NCBI GenBank assembly: GCA_964596245.1
Contig: CAZQSK010000005.1
Span: forward strand, 42 to 64,041
Source of the DNA: an uncultured Gammaproteobacteria bacterium
GTDB lineage: Bacteria; Patescibacteriota; Patescibacteriia; 2-12-FULL-60-25
Direction of reading: 5' to 3'
DNA: 64,000 bases
The translations under genes and the position numbers were made by a program. Below the pieces are notes generated by a model. That model searched no databases. It was given only the letters and a program-made list of their open reading frames with translations, and had not been told where the DNA came from. The stretch's first letter is position 1; the number at the start of each line of letters is the position of its first letter. Below, in pieces: positions 9,965-19,397 of the stretch.

Positions 9965-10909
9965 TCAGCGGAGACTGCTGATGGCGTAGGCATAGAGAGG
10001 CTGGGCCGTGCATTGCTGCAACGGGACATGCCGAAGAATGTACTGATCGGGCTGCTTCTCCTCGAGGATGAGCAGCCCGATTTGATGCGTGGGCGATTCG
10101 TCTTCGAGCGAGATCCGCTGGCGGTACTTGCGCACCACCTGCAGATGCCCGGTGAACGGATCACTCCACAGCGGCTTCGGGCCGTCGCCGGTCTCCTCAA
10201 GCGTAAGGAGACGGTTGATCGGCTGACCATTCTCGCCGCGCATGCGGACGATCACGTTCAGCAATCCGTTCTTGCGCGCCCCCGAGAAACGCGAGGCGCC
10301 GAGGAAGGTCGCGCGCTCGGGCAGATGCGTGACGTAGTGCCACATCAACGGCCGGTCCGTCGCGAGAAGCGGGGCGTAGTACAGCTGGTCACACACCCCG
10401 TCCGGCGTCCGACGATAGGCGTAGACGCGGCTCCGCTGCGTATCGCATCCGATCACGCAGTACCCATCCTCGCCCTCAGGGGCGAGATCGACCCACCGCC
10501 CGTCGAAACAGGCGATCGTCCACTCGAGCTTGCCGACCAGCCGCTCCTGGTGGGAGCGCTGCTCGGGAACGGCTCTCATGTGCGCCTTGAGATACGTCTT
10601 CAGATCGCTGGGGCGATTCCGAAAGATCGACAGGCGTTCCGATCCAGTGATGAAGGTCGCTCTCCCGCAGGACAGGAACAGGCTGACCGTTGCCTCCTCC
10701 TCCCTTCTGGGGATAAGCAGGTCATTCACCACGGACTCCGAGGACTTCACCATTCGGACCTGTGCGTGGTCGCCCGCCACGCTCAGCCCCACATAGGCCA
10801 GTCGCTCGTTGTCGCGAGCCCGGAATTCGTCCGCCGCTTGCCCAAGCGGAATGACGCCCTCCGTGCCCAGTCGCATGTACGAAGTTCGATTCAACGTCTC
10901 CATCTGCAC
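9965..10909 (-). CDS. hypothetical protein, GC-rich ORFan (314 aa)
   Basis: Long ORF with high GC3. 'GGGAGAGG' lies 7 nt upstream of GTG 10909, and ATG 10903 is an alternative start. I recognised no family motif. It converges on the giant gene. Confidence 0.7.
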   Translation of the reverse strand: MQMETLNRTSYMRLGTEGVIPLGQAADEFRARDNERLAYVGLSVAGDHAQVRMVKSSESVVNDLLIPRREEEATVSLFLSCGRATFITGSERLSIFRNRPSDLKTYLKAHMRAVPEQRSHQERLVGKLEWTIACFDGRWVDLAPEGEDGYCVIGCDTQRSRVYAYRRTPDGVCDQLYYAPLLATDRPLMWHYVTHLPERATFLGASRFSGARKNGLLNVIVRMRGENGQPINRLLTLEETGDGPKPLWSDPFTGHLQVVRKYRQRISLEDESPTHQIGLLILEEKQPDQYILRHVPLQQCTAQPLYAYAISSLR

Positions 10910-10966
10910 AATCGCACCTCTCCCTGTATGAGAACGAAGCCCGATAAAACATCCATCGGGGCTAGC

Positions 10967-10995
10967 ACTCTATTTAAAATTTGCTGAACTGTCAA
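10967..10995 (-). promoter_or_regulatory. sigma70-like promoter TTGACA-17-TAGAGT for the 9965-10909 gene
   Basis: Minus strand reads TTGACA (10995-10990), a 17-nt spacer, then TAGAGT (10972-10967). A ~55-nt leader with a short hairpin follows. Confidence 0.5.
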
Positions 10996-11041
10996 GGGTG
11001 CTTGCCGATGGCTTCGGCTTCCGATACCATCGGCCTGCCTA

Positions 11042-11116
11042 GGCGTGGTAGCCAAGTGGTAAGGCAGGAGTCTGCAAAACTCCTATGCGCGGGTTCAATT
11101 CCCGCCCACGCCTCCA
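11042..11116 (+). tRNA. tRNA-Cys (anticodon GCA), CCA encoded
   Basis: Hand-folded cloverleaf: acceptor GGCGTGG/CCACGCC, anticodon stem GGAGT/ACTCC with loop CTGCAAA, T arm GCGGG-TTCAATT-CCCGC, discriminator T, then CCA. Confidence 0.9.
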
Positions 11117-11118
11117 TA

Positions 11119-11148
11119 CAAAAAGACCCCCGATCGGGGGTCTTTTTC
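11119..11148. terminator. bidirectional rho-independent terminator
   Basis: Hairpin agacccccg-at-cgggggtct (11124-11143) is flanked by an A-run and a T-run. It lies between tRNA-Cys (+) and the 3' end of the 11156-11785 gene (-). Confidence 0.8.
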
Positions 11149-11155
11149 GTTACCT

Positions 11156-11785
11156 TTATTTACCCAAGGCAATGGCTTGCACGCGCTTGGTAGCAGCACG
11201 AGCCTGCTTCATTTTTTCAGCGCGAGCACCCCACTGCGTCTTATTGTTGCCGTATTCTACGACCTCGATCGGAATGTTGCGCTTAACGCCGTAGGCGCGA
11301 GCCGTTTTGAGCTCCTTCGTCCAGACGTCCAAACGATAGGAATAACGAGCATTCATGCGGTCATGCACCGTAAAGATCTTGTCGCCGAACACGGTCGGCA
11401 AACGGACCTTGGTGCCGAACGGCAACACATTCGTGGCAACAACACCGTCGCCGACATCGGAACCGTCAGCCGTGATAAACGGGTCAGCGTCACATTCCTC
11501 GACACGCGAGGTGTAAGACGTCGAATCCATATAAATAGTCTTCAACGTCTTCGGGCGCTCAGCCTCAAGTTCCTTTTCCTCGCTATCAATCACGATTGCA
11601 CCCGAGTCAGGGTGAACCGAGAGGTCCGTTACAATGGCAGGGCGGGGGATGGCATTCACAGCCGAGGCCACCGGAACAGCCGTCTGCGCCACGCCGAAAA
11701 CGGCAGTCAACAAAGCGAGCAACGCCTTGCGGATATGGCTAGTAATACGGTTGTTGACGTAGTATGTCATAGCTGGGCATGTCAT
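11156..11785 (-). CDS. 3D-domain (MltA/RlpA-like DPBB) cell-wall protein with N-terminal signal/anchor
   Basis: The C-terminal 'ITADGSDVGDGVVATNVLPFGTKVRLP..FGDKIFTVHDRMNARY..RLDVW' matches the 3D-domain pattern as I remember it. There is an N-terminal hydrophobic segment. Alternative start at ATG 11770. Confidence 0.7.
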   Translation of the reverse strand: MTCPAMTYYVNNRITSHIRKALLALLTAVFGVAQTAVPVASAVNAIPRPAIVTDLSVHPDSGAIVIDSEEKELEAERPKTLKTIYMDSTSYTSRVEECDADPFITADGSDVGDGVVATNVLPFGTKVRLPTVFGDKIFTVHDRMNARYSYRLDVWTKELKTARAYGVKRNIPIEVVEYGNNKTQWGARAEKMKQARAATKRVQAIALGK

Positions 11786-11796
11786 TTTGACTCAAA

Positions 11797-11825
11797 ATCT
11801 TAGCAAAAATAAGCCATTTTGTCAA
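11797..11825 (-). promoter_or_regulatory. promoter TTGACAAAA-..-TAAGAT, near-leaderless transcript for the 3D-domain gene
   Basis: Minus strand reads TTGACA (11825-11820), a 17-nt spacer, then TAAGAT (11802-11797). Only 11 nt separate the -10 from ATG 11785, and there is no SD. Confidence 0.5.
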
Positions 11826-11833
11826 GGCTAAAC

Positions 11834-14653
11834 ATGAAAAATTACTTTAAGATTAGCCAAAAAACTTGGACGACTCTCAAGCCCTGGCTCAAGATCGGCC
11901 TTTGGGCATTTTTAGCGCTAACCATAGTGGGTTTTTTCGCTTTTACCTTGTTTGCCGCATGGGTTAGCCGCGACCTTCCGGATCCGAATGTTCTTAGCAC
12001 TCGCGATGTTCCGCAATCAACCAAGATCTACGACAAAACGGGCACGCATCTTTTATATGAGATTCACGGCGATGAAAAACGCACACTGCTGAAATCTGAA
12101 GATATTCCGGATGTAGCCAAGTGGGCGACCCTCTCTTTGGAAGACCGCAGCTTCTATGAGCACCACGGCATTTACTGGAAGGGCTTGATCCGTGCCGTAG
12201 GCATGAGCGTGCTTCGCGGTCAGCGCATCCAAGGCACATCGACACTCACTCAGCAGCTCGTGCGTAATGCCATCATTAATAATGAGCGCAGTCTTGATCG
12301 TAAGTTGCGTGAGTTTATTTTGTCATTGCAAATCGAACAGAAATTTACGAAGGATCAAATCATCCAATTGTATTTGAACGAGATCCCGTACGGCTCAACC
12401 GTGTACGGACTTGAGTCAGCGAGCCAAACCTATTTTGGAAAGCACGCAAAAGAACTGACGCTCGACGAAGCGGCCTTGCTCGCCTCGATTCCGCAGCGCC
12501 CGACCTTCTACTCTCCCTACAGCGGCAAGGAAGAAAACTTGAAGCAGCTCGTAAATCGTCAGCACTACGCCATCGATATCATGGCGGAAAGCGGTTACAT
12601 CACGAAGGAGGAGGCGACCGAAGCGAAAAATATCGACACGTTAAAAAAGATTAAGCCGCGAACACTCGGCGACATCAATGCGCCCCACTTTGTCATGGAG
12701 GTGCGTCGCCAGCTGGAAGAAACATATAGCGTAAAAACGGTAGGCGAAGGGGGATTGAGCGTCATCACGACGCTTGATTGGGACAAGCAAAAGATCGCCG
12801 AAGAGGAAGTAAAAAAAGGTGTCGAAGCCCGCGGCGCGCAGTTCAAATTCAACAATGCAGCACTCGTTTCCATCGACCCGAAAACCGGACATATCCTCGC
12901 CATGGTCGGATCAAAAGATTATTTCGATGAGTCCTTCGACGGGCAGGTAAATGTGACGCTGCGCCCTCGCCAGCCGGGCTCAAGTTTTAAGCCGATTGTC
13001 TACGCGGCTGGCTTTGCGCGCGGATATTTGCCGCAAACACAGCTCTGGGACGTGAACACCTCGTTCCCGACGGAAACAACTCGCTACGAACCGAAGAACT
13101 ACGACTTGAAAGAGCGCGGCCCAATCAGCTTACGCCAAGCGCTTCAAGGCTCGCTGAACATTCCGGCTGTAAAAATGCTCTATCTCGTGGGCATTGGCCG
13201 GGCTTTGGATTTTGCTAAAGAGCTTGGCTATACCACGCTCGAAGACCGTAGCCGCTTTGGCTTGTCCCTTGTTTTGGGTGGCGGAGAAGTCTTGCCGCTT
13301 GAACATGCGGCCGCGTATGCCACCTTTGCAACCGAGGGTGAGTATCGTCCACCTGTCGCAGTACTCAAAGTGACGGATTCGAGCGGAAAAATTCTGGAAG
13401 AGTGGCAGCCACCTGAACCTCGTCGCGTGATGGACGCGCAGGTCGCGCGCACGCTGAGCGACGTCCTTTCGGACAACAATAGCCGCGCCTATGTATTCGG
13501 GACAAACAATAGCCTAACCCTTCCGGATCGTCCGGTTGCCGCAAAAACCGGAACCACCAACAACTACAAAGATGCTTGGACTGCCGGCTATATTCCGCAA
13601 ATGGCCACCGTGGTTTGGGTTGGTAACACGCGAGGGGAAGAAATGAAGCGCGGCGCTGACGGTTCAATTATCGCTGCCCCGATTTGGCAGGCCTACATGA
13701 AACGGGCAACCAAGGGCATGCCGGTTGAACGCTTCAAGGCACCGAACCCGCCCCAAACCACCAAGCCGGCCCTGCTCGGCACCGCGTTCGAACAAAAAGT
13801 TCGCGTGAACAAGCTTACCGGCCTGCGCGCGACCAACCTCACGCCGCCGGAGCTGATTGAAGAACGCGCCGATCGCGAAGCGCATGACATCTTGTGGTAC
13901 ATCGACAAGGACGATCCTGCCGGCCCACCACCAGGAAACCCCGCAAGCGATCCGCAATTCTCCTCTTGGGAATCTGGCGTGCGCATCTGGGTAGAAAAAA
14001 CCCAATGGAACGCGACAAGCACGGTCTCGGATGAATTTGATACGCAATTCACTGAAGAGACTCGTCCGCGCGTGACCATCTTGTATCCCACACCGAATGA
14101 GAACGTGGCCTCGCGCAAACTCCTGCTTCAGCTACGCGTCGAGGGCACTCGCCCAATCGCACGCGTTGAAGCATCGATTGATGGAATTCCCGTCGGTTCA
14201 AGTGACAGCGAGCCGTGGACGCTTGAGCTGCAAATCCCGAACCGCATTGAAAAAGGTTTCCGCACCCTTACCGTACGGGCCTTTGATAATCTCGGATTGC
14301 GCGGAGAGGCGACGCAAAATATTAATCTGACGGCCGAGCGCGAAAGCGCGCTCTCCGGGATTACGGTTCTTTCACCCCAGAATGATGACGTATGGTCACG
14401 TGCTAGCTTCCCGAAAAAAATCCAGGTAAACATCGAGGAGCCATCTCTCTATGACCGCGTCGACATCTACCTCATCGGAGGGGATGGACTGCGTCGCTTG
14501 GTCGGTTCGCAAATCGCGCCAACCGCCCCACTCATCGAGGTCAGCCTCCCTGCTGGGCCGCCCGTTGGCCGCCAATCCGTATTCATCGAAGCAAAACGAA
14601 AAGGGTCGGATGTGAAGGACGAAGCCCGCGTCTTCATCAATGTCACAGAATAA
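11834..14653 (+). CDS. class A penicillin-binding protein (PBP1A-type transglycosylase/transpeptidase) with C-terminal extension
   Basis: GT51 motifs 'EDRSFYEHHGI' and 'GTSTLTQQL'. Transpeptidase motifs 'SSFKP' (SxxK) and 'KTGTT'. N-terminal TM helix. The track ORF starts at TTG 11819; I prefer ATG 11834. Confidence 0.93.
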   Translation: MKNYFKISQKTWTTLKPWLKIGLWAFLALTIVGFFAFTLFAAWVSRDLPDPNVLSTRDVPQSTKIYDKTGTHLLYEIHGDEKRTLLKSEDIPDVAKWATLSLEDRSFYEHHGIYWKGLIRAVGMSVLRGQRIQGTSTLTQQLVRNAIINNERSLDRKLREFILSLQIEQKFTKDQIIQLYLNEIPYGSTVYGLESASQTYFGKHAKELTLDEAALLASIPQRPTFYSPYSGKEENLKQLVNRQHYAIDIMAESGYITKEEATEAKNIDTLKKIKPRTLGDINAPHFVMEVRRQLEETYSVKTVGEGGLSVITTLDWDKQKIAEEEVKKGVEARGAQFKFNNAALVSIDPKTGHILAMVGSKDYFDESFDGQVNVTLRPRQPGSSFKPIVYAAGFARGYLPQTQLWDVNTSFPTETTRYEPKNYDLKERGPISLRQALQGSLNIPAVKMLYLVGIGRALDFAKELGYTTLEDRSRFGLSLVLGGGEVLPLEHAAAYATFATEGEYRPPVAVLKVTDSSGKILEEWQPPEPRRVMDAQVARTLSDVLSDNNSRAYVFGTNNSLTLPDRPVAAKTGTTNNYKDAWTAGYIPQMATVVWVGNTRGEEMKRGADGSIIAAPIWQAYMKRATKGMPVERFKAPNPPQTTKPALLGTAFEQKVRVNKLTGLRATNLTPPELIEERADREAHDILWYIDKDDPAGPPPGNPASDPQFSSWESGVRIWVEKTQWNATSTVSDEFDTQFTEETRPRVTILYPTPNENVASRKLLLQLRVEGTRPIARVEASIDGIPVGSSDSEPWTLELQIPNRIEKGFRTLTVRAFDNLGLRGEATQNINLTAERESALSGITVLSPQNDDVWSRASFPKKIQVNIEEPSLYDRVDIYLIGGDGLRRLVGSQIAPTAPLIEVSLPAGPPVGRQSVFIEAKRKGSDVKDEARVFINVTE

Positions 14654-14654
14654 C

Positions 14655-15401
14655 ATGACACGCTCGCGCATCTTGGGCGCGGCCGCCCTATTCCTCCTCG
14701 CACTGGCCGGTGTCGGCTGCTCGGAACTCAGTCCTCTGACGCAAGAACGCGTGGCGGATGGGATTGACCGCATCACCGTGAACGCGACGACAACACAAGA
14801 GCAGCTTATTCTCTATCGTTTTGCCGCCGGACGTTTTGATTGGAGCGTCGAACACGCCTCAACTTCACGCACGGTTGCATCGTGGTTTGAACACCTTAAC
14901 AAGCCCGTGGCGGTCGCAAACGGCGTCTATTTCAACGAAGATGGGATGCCGAGCGGCCTTCTCATTGATGATGGAATCCCAGTAGGAAGTCGTCGCTTTG
15001 ATGATGATAAAAGCGGACTCATCACGCTCGGGGGCCAGCCATCCATCATCAACACACAAAACGAATATGCCCCAGCCCTGTTACCCGAGGCCGCGCAGAG
15101 CTTCCCCCTGTTACTCATAGACGGGAAAGCTCAGGTCAAAGTAGACACAGAAAAAAAAGCGCGCCGAACCTTCTTTGCAACGGATATTCGGGGGAATGCC
15201 TATCTGGGCATGGCACCGCTTGGCAGCTTGAGCCTATATGAGCTTTCAAACCTGCTCGCAAAAAGCGGGTTGGATCTTGATCGCGCCATCAATCTCGATG
15301 GCGGGCCATCAACCGGAATCGCGGTTCAGACGGAAAACGGACTACAGCTGGAAAACAGCATGAGCGAAATTCCGAACGTCATCATTGTTCGCAGGAAATA
15401 A
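14655..15401 (+). CDS. phosphodiester glycosidase (DUF2233/NAGPA-like) family protein, probable lipoprotein
   Basis: Signal peptide 'MTRSRILGAAALFLLALAGVGC' and the family-like motif 'AINLDGGPSTG'. Alternative ATG at 14640 overlaps the PBP stop. Confidence 0.65.
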   Translation: MTRSRILGAAALFLLALAGVGCSELSPLTQERVADGIDRITVNATTTQEQLILYRFAAGRFDWSVEHASTSRTVASWFEHLNKPVAVANGVYFNEDGMPSGLLIDDGIPVGSRRFDDDKSGLITLGGQPSIINTQNEYAPALLPEAAQSFPLLLIDGKAQVKVDTEKKARRTFFATDIRGNAYLGMAPLGSLSLYELSNLLAKSGLDLDRAINLDGGPSTGIAVQTENGLQLENSMSEIPNVIIVRRK

Positions 15402-15432
15402 AAAAGATCCCCAGCACATGGGGATCTTTTTC
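15402..15432. terminator. bidirectional rho-independent terminator between convergent genes
   Basis: 9-bp stem aagatcccc/ggggatctt (15404-15428) with flanking A- and T-runs. Confidence 0.85.
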
Positions 15433-16560
15433 TTACTGACGAATCGGCATCACCACGTAGCGATAGCCCTCGCCTTCTTTTGGCGTAACGACAACCGGAT
15501 TCATGCCATCAATCATGCGCAAAACAATTTTATCGCCGCCCATGGAAGCGAGTCCGTCGGAAATATAGCGGTAGTTGATGGTCACTTTGTTCGCATCGCC
15601 CTCCATGTCGACCTTCAGCGTGGTCGCGTGCGCCCCTGTGCCGCTGTCTGACGAAGAAACCTTCAAGTTACCACCGCCGAACTCCAAATGGACATCAAAC
15701 AGTCCCTGGCGCGAAAACAAGGCTGCAGCGCGGATCGCTTTGGAAAGTTCGGTGCGGGTTAGCGTTCCTGTTGTGCGGAACTGGGTGGGGATGATCTGTC
15801 GATAGTCGGGAAAAGAGGCCTCGATCAAACGTGAAATCAGCTCAACATTGCCGTAGGTTAGCACCATTTGGCTATCGGTCATGCTCCATTCCACGGCCTC
15901 GGGCATCCCCACGTCATCCTTGTAAGCAGCTAAGATGCGGGCGATCTCAAGCATAGCCTTGGCCGGGACAATACACTTAGCCTCCGTACTCGCGCTGCCC
16001 GGCTCAAGCTCAACCACGCGCTCGGCCAAACGATATGAGTCGGTCGCCGCCATGATCACCTTGTTTGAGTGCTCGTGTTGGAAGACGCATGACACGCCAC
16101 CAAGCTCCGGACGTGATTCGGAACCGGAGACGGCAAATGCAACTTGTCCGATCGCGTTGCGAAGCGACTCGGCCTTCAAGCGATAACCCCCTTCTTTTGC
16201 CAAACGCGGAATGAGCGGATACTCAGACGATGGCATTCCTCGAACACTCGTCGACGATCCATCCGCGCGAACCTCCAAACTGTCGCCGTTCAAAACCAGT
16301 TCCACCTTGCCGGACGGAAGGAGTGCGACATAATCCTGAAGAAGCTTGGCAGGAACCGTAAACTCTCCTGGCTGCTCAACGCGACCGCGCACCATGGCAG
16401 ATACCGCCATCTCTAAATTCGTCGTGGAAAGTTTCAAGCCACCGTTCTCGGTCTTGAGCAAGACATTACCCAAGATCGGGAGGTTGGCGTTCTTCCCAGA
16501 GATGTGGCTGACCAGGGACAATCCCTGCAAGAGATTCTCTTGAGTACAGGCGAAGTTCAT
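15433..16560 (-). CDS. dnaN: DNA polymerase III beta sliding clamp
   Basis: 375 aa. Typical DnaN N-terminus 'MNFACTQENLLQGLSLVSHISGKNANLPILGNVLL'. Located immediately downstream of dnaA. Confidence 0.95.
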   Translation of the reverse strand: MNFACTQENLLQGLSLVSHISGKNANLPILGNVLLKTENGGLKLSTTNLEMAVSAMVRGRVEQPGEFTVPAKLLQDYVALLPSGKVELVLNGDSLEVRADGSSTSVRGMPSSEYPLIPRLAKEGGYRLKAESLRNAIGQVAFAVSGSESRPELGGVSCVFQHEHSNKVIMAATDSYRLAERVVELEPGSASTEAKCIVPAKAMLEIARILAAYKDDVGMPEAVEWSMTDSQMVLTYGNVELISRLIEASFPDYRQIIPTQFRTTGTLTRTELSKAIRAAALFSRQGLFDVHLEFGGGNLKVSSSDSGTGAHATTLKVDMEGDANKVTINYRYISDGLASMGGDKIVLRMIDGMNPVVVTPKEGEGYRYVVMPIRQ

Positions 16561-16890
16561 ATACCGAGCCTCATCTTGGATGTTCGTCTTCCTTCCGTCA
16601 AACGGGTTCTCGGGTCGGGTATTTTTTCACTCATTAGTATTAGTTAGGTTATATATAAGTATATGAACGGTGGTGACTATGAGTGCTGTGGATACTGAGG
16701 ATAAATGGCTTTTTGCGCCAAGCCAAAGCCCGCAACGGCCGCTTTCTATCCACTCGTATCAAGGTATAACCTGGGCCGCGCCTATGGATGAAAATAGCGC
16801 CCCCTTTAGAGGCGCTATTTTGTACTCATCTAGTCCCAAGCTTCCCCAAAGGTTTATCCCAGCTCATCCACAGACTTGTCCCCAGCGATC
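16561..16890. other. candidate oriC (dnaA-dnaN spacer): AT-rich unwinding element plus DnaA-box-like 9-mers
   Basis: AT-rich tract 16621-16665 ('attttttcactcattagtattagttaggttatatataagtatat'). Box-like sites: TGTGGATAC 16686-16694, TATCCAC 16747-16753, TTTATCCCA 16853-16861, TCATCCACA 16864-16872. Confidence 0.55.
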
Positions 16891-18309
16891 TTAGACCCGC
16901 ATCTCTCCGTTCGAATAAAGTTTTTCTCGAATGATGGTGAGGTCACGTCGCAGCTGCTCATCTTGTTTGAGAAGATCGCCGATTTTTTCGCAGGCGTGCA
17001 TCGCGGTGGTGTGATCTCGACCCCCGACCTGGTCCCCGATCGAGGGATAGGAGCACTTAGCTTCTTCGCGCAGCAAGAACATCGCGACCTGTCTTGGGAA
17101 TGCGAGACGACGCTCGCGACTCTTGCCCAGAATTTCATCCATGGAGATGTCGTAGTAGAGCGTGACCGTCTCCAAGAGCACGCGCGGAGTAATGTTTCGC
17201 TTGGTGAGCGTCGGCGAGAAGCTTTGCAAAATCGGTTGGATGGTTTGCAAAGACGGCAGCAAGTTTTTGAATTGATGATACGCAACAATTTTGTTGAGCG
17301 CGCCTTCGAGTTCGCGGATGTTGCTTTGGATGGCTCCGGCGATCGCGTGGAGAATTTCGGTCGAGAGAGGATAGTTCTTCTCGCGAGCTTTGGCCTGGAG
17401 GATGGCGACGCGGGTTTCGAAATCCGCCTTGGAGATGTCCGCCATCATGCCCCATTCGAAACGGGACTGAAGGCGGCTTTCCAGGTTCGGAATGTCCTTG
17501 GGCGGACGGTCGGATGTCATCACCAGCTGCTTATTGCCCTGGTGAAGGTGATTAAAGGTATGGAAAAACTCTTCTTGGGTGCCCTCGCGGCCAGCCAAGA
17601 ACTGAATATCGTCGACCAAAAGCAAGTCAACCAAGCGATATTTGTCTTTAAAGTCGTTTCCGTGGCCGCTCCGTACCGCTTGAATGAATTCATTGGTGAA
17701 TTTCTCACAGGTAACGTAACGAACCTTCAAATTTGGGTTGTTTTGCAGCGCATGATGGCCGATCGCCTGTAAGAGATGGGTTTTACCCATACCAGCGCTT
17801 CCATAGAGAAACAGTGGATTGTGGACAACGCCGGGCTTGGTTGCGACCGCGGTGGATGCTGCATGAGCCAACTCGTTATTTTTTCCCACAACAAACGAAA
17901 CAAATTGATAGCGAGGGTTCAGTCCAAGGTCTGCGCTCGCCGGGGTTTGCGTGGGGATAAATGCTGTGGAATTCGGGGGAGCGTAGCTGACATTCTGTGC
18001 CTCCGGTTGCTGGCCTGCCTGCTTTTCTGCGACGTGGTCGAGCGGAAGGACGGTCGTATTCTTCACTTCAACACGGTAAATCACTTCACGAATCGGCAAA
18101 TTAGATGCATTACGCAACGCTTTGACGATTTGGTCGTGATATTTTTTCTCCATCCACGCTTTTGTGAAGGTATTGGGCACTGAAACAACCGCACGACTAC
18201 CTTCCGCTTCACTGAGAAAGGTATTTTTGAACCAGGTCGTGAAGTTTGCCTTGGAGAGCGTGAGCTCCAACTCTCCGAGCGCGGCCTGCCAAAGAGCTTG
18301 AGTGTCCAT
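16891..18309 (-). CDS. dnaA: chromosomal replication initiator DnaA
   Basis: Walker A 'GSAGMGKTHL' and C-terminal DNA-binding region 'RDHTTAMHACEKI'. Start chosen at ATG 18309 ('MDTQALWQAALGEL'); the track ORF extends to 18390. Confidence 0.95.
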   Translation of the reverse strand: MDTQALWQAALGELELTLSKANFTTWFKNTFLSEAEGSRAVVSVPNTFTKAWMEKKYHDQIVKALRNASNLPIREVIYRVEVKNTTVLPLDHVAEKQAGQQPEAQNVSYAPPNSTAFIPTQTPASADLGLNPRYQFVSFVVGKNNELAHAASTAVATKPGVVHNPLFLYGSAGMGKTHLLQAIGHHALQNNPNLKVRYVTCEKFTNEFIQAVRSGHGNDFKDKYRLVDLLLVDDIQFLAGREGTQEEFFHTFNHLHQGNKQLVMTSDRPPKDIPNLESRLQSRFEWGMMADISKADFETRVAILQAKAREKNYPLSTEILHAIAGAIQSNIRELEGALNKIVAYHQFKNLLPSLQTIQPILQSFSPTLTKRNITPRVLLETVTLYYDISMDEILGKSRERRLAFPRQVAMFLLREEAKCSYPSIGDQVGGRDHTTAMHACEKIGDLLKQDEQLRRDLTIIREKLYSNGEMRV

Positions 18310-18438
18310 AATCGAGTCGATCTTTCCAAGCACGCATACGCCTGTCAAACACTGTGGAGAAACAGTGGATAGTATGGGATAAAACCCCACACTCTTGCCA
18401 AACGCTTAGATTTCCTGTAATCTATCTAGCGAAACTAT

Positions 18439-18606
18439 ATGGCTACAAAGCGAACCTATCAACCGAAAAAGCGCCGTCGCGCCAAAGTTCACGGCTTTTT
18501 GAAGCGTCAGAAGTCCAAGAACGGTCGCGAAGTACTCGCCCGTCGCCGTCGCAAAGGCCGCAAGGTCTCCGCGATCAAGACCAAGGTGAAGCGCTCCCGC
18601 CGCTAA
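18439..18606 (+). CDS. rpmH: 50S ribosomal protein L34
   Basis: Not in the ORF track (55 aa). Hand translation gives '[55 protein letters not shown]'. Classic position upstream of rnpA. Confidence 0.93.
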   Translation: MATKRTYQPKKRRRAKVHGFLKRQKSKNGREVLARRRRKGRKVSAIKTKVKRSRR

Positions 18607-18618
18607 ACGCGGTAAGAT

Positions 18619-18646
18619 AAGGCGAGGGAAACCTCGCCTTTCTGTT
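18619..18646 (+). terminator. hairpin + U-tract between rpmH and rnpA (terminator/attenuator)
   Basis: Stem aaggcgagg/cctcgcctt with a GAAA loop (18619-18640), followed by 'tctgtt'. Confidence 0.5.
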
Positions 18647-18652
18647 ATCTCT

Positions 18653-19060
18653 ATGTTGCCCAAAGCCGACCGCCTCCGCCGCGCCAAGGATTTTGCCCTC
18701 CTGTCCCAAAAAGGACGGGTGGTCTATTCGCCGTTCTTCGCCTTACGTCTGCGCCCGGCTTCGGCGACCAAGGTCGGCTTTGTGACCTCGTCCAAGATTT
18801 TCAAAACGGCGGTGAAGCGCAATCGTGGAAAACGTCGCATGCGCGAAGTGTTGCGTTTGATGAAAACCGATTGGCCGAAGGGTTTTGATTTGCTTTTTAT
18901 TTTGAAGATCGAGGTGCTCGACGCGCAATTTGCGGAATTACAATCTGCAGTCGTGCGCGCATTTGAAAAAATTCCGGAAGCCATGAGCAAGCCGGCGCAA
19001 CCACGAAAAAATATCAAAGCGCGTCGCAAGACGTCGGTTGTATTTAAAGAGAAAGGGTAA
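18653..19060 (+). CDS. rnpA: ribonuclease P protein component
   Basis: Contains 'AVKRNRGKRRMRE' (RNR motif). Synteny is rpmH-rnpA-yidD. Confidence 0.9.
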   Translation: MLPKADRLRRAKDFALLSQKGRVVYSPFFALRLRPASATKVGFVTSSKIFKTAVKRNRGKRRMREVLRLMKTDWPKGFDLLFILKIEVLDAQFAELQSAVVRAFEKIPEAMSKPAQPRKNIKARRKTSVVFKEKG

Positions 19061-19064
19061 TCCT

Positions 19065-19313
19065 ATGCGACGCATCGGCATGTTTCTTGTCCGCGTCTAT
19101 CAAAAGACGCTTTCGCCCGATCATGGACCGCTATCGCGCATCTTGCCGTATAAGACCTGCAAGTTTCATCCGACTTGTTCCGAATATACGTACACCGCGA
19201 TCGAACGGTTCGGACTTTTGAAAGGTTCGTGGATGGGAGTGAAGCGCATCGGACGGTGCCATCCGTGGAGTCTCGGGGGAGTCGATCACGTCCCGGAGCG
19301 TCATCTGTCATAA
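19065..19313 (+). CDS. yidD: membrane protein insertion efficiency factor YidD
   Basis: Contains 'CKFHPTCSEYTYTAIERFGLLKGSWMGVKRIGRCHPW..GG.D.VP'. ATG 19065 follows 'GAAAGGG'. The track ORF starts at 19038, inside rnpA. Confidence 0.9.
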   Translation: MRRIGMFLVRVYQKTLSPDHGPLSRILPYKTCKFHPTCSEYTYTAIERFGLLKGSWMGVKRIGRCHPWSLGGVDHVPERHLS

Positions 19314-19397
19314 GTGCAGCAAAGCCCCGTTTTATGGATATACGAATAATGTATACAACGTATGTCCATGATGTCCCGGCTGGTTATCAGCCAAGTC

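Noticed and set aside
16670-16894. 74-aa plus-strand ORF in the dnaA-dnaN spacer
   Set aside because: It lies across the AT-rich and DnaA-box region, has no SD or promoter, and has an implausible composition. The region is better explained as oriC.
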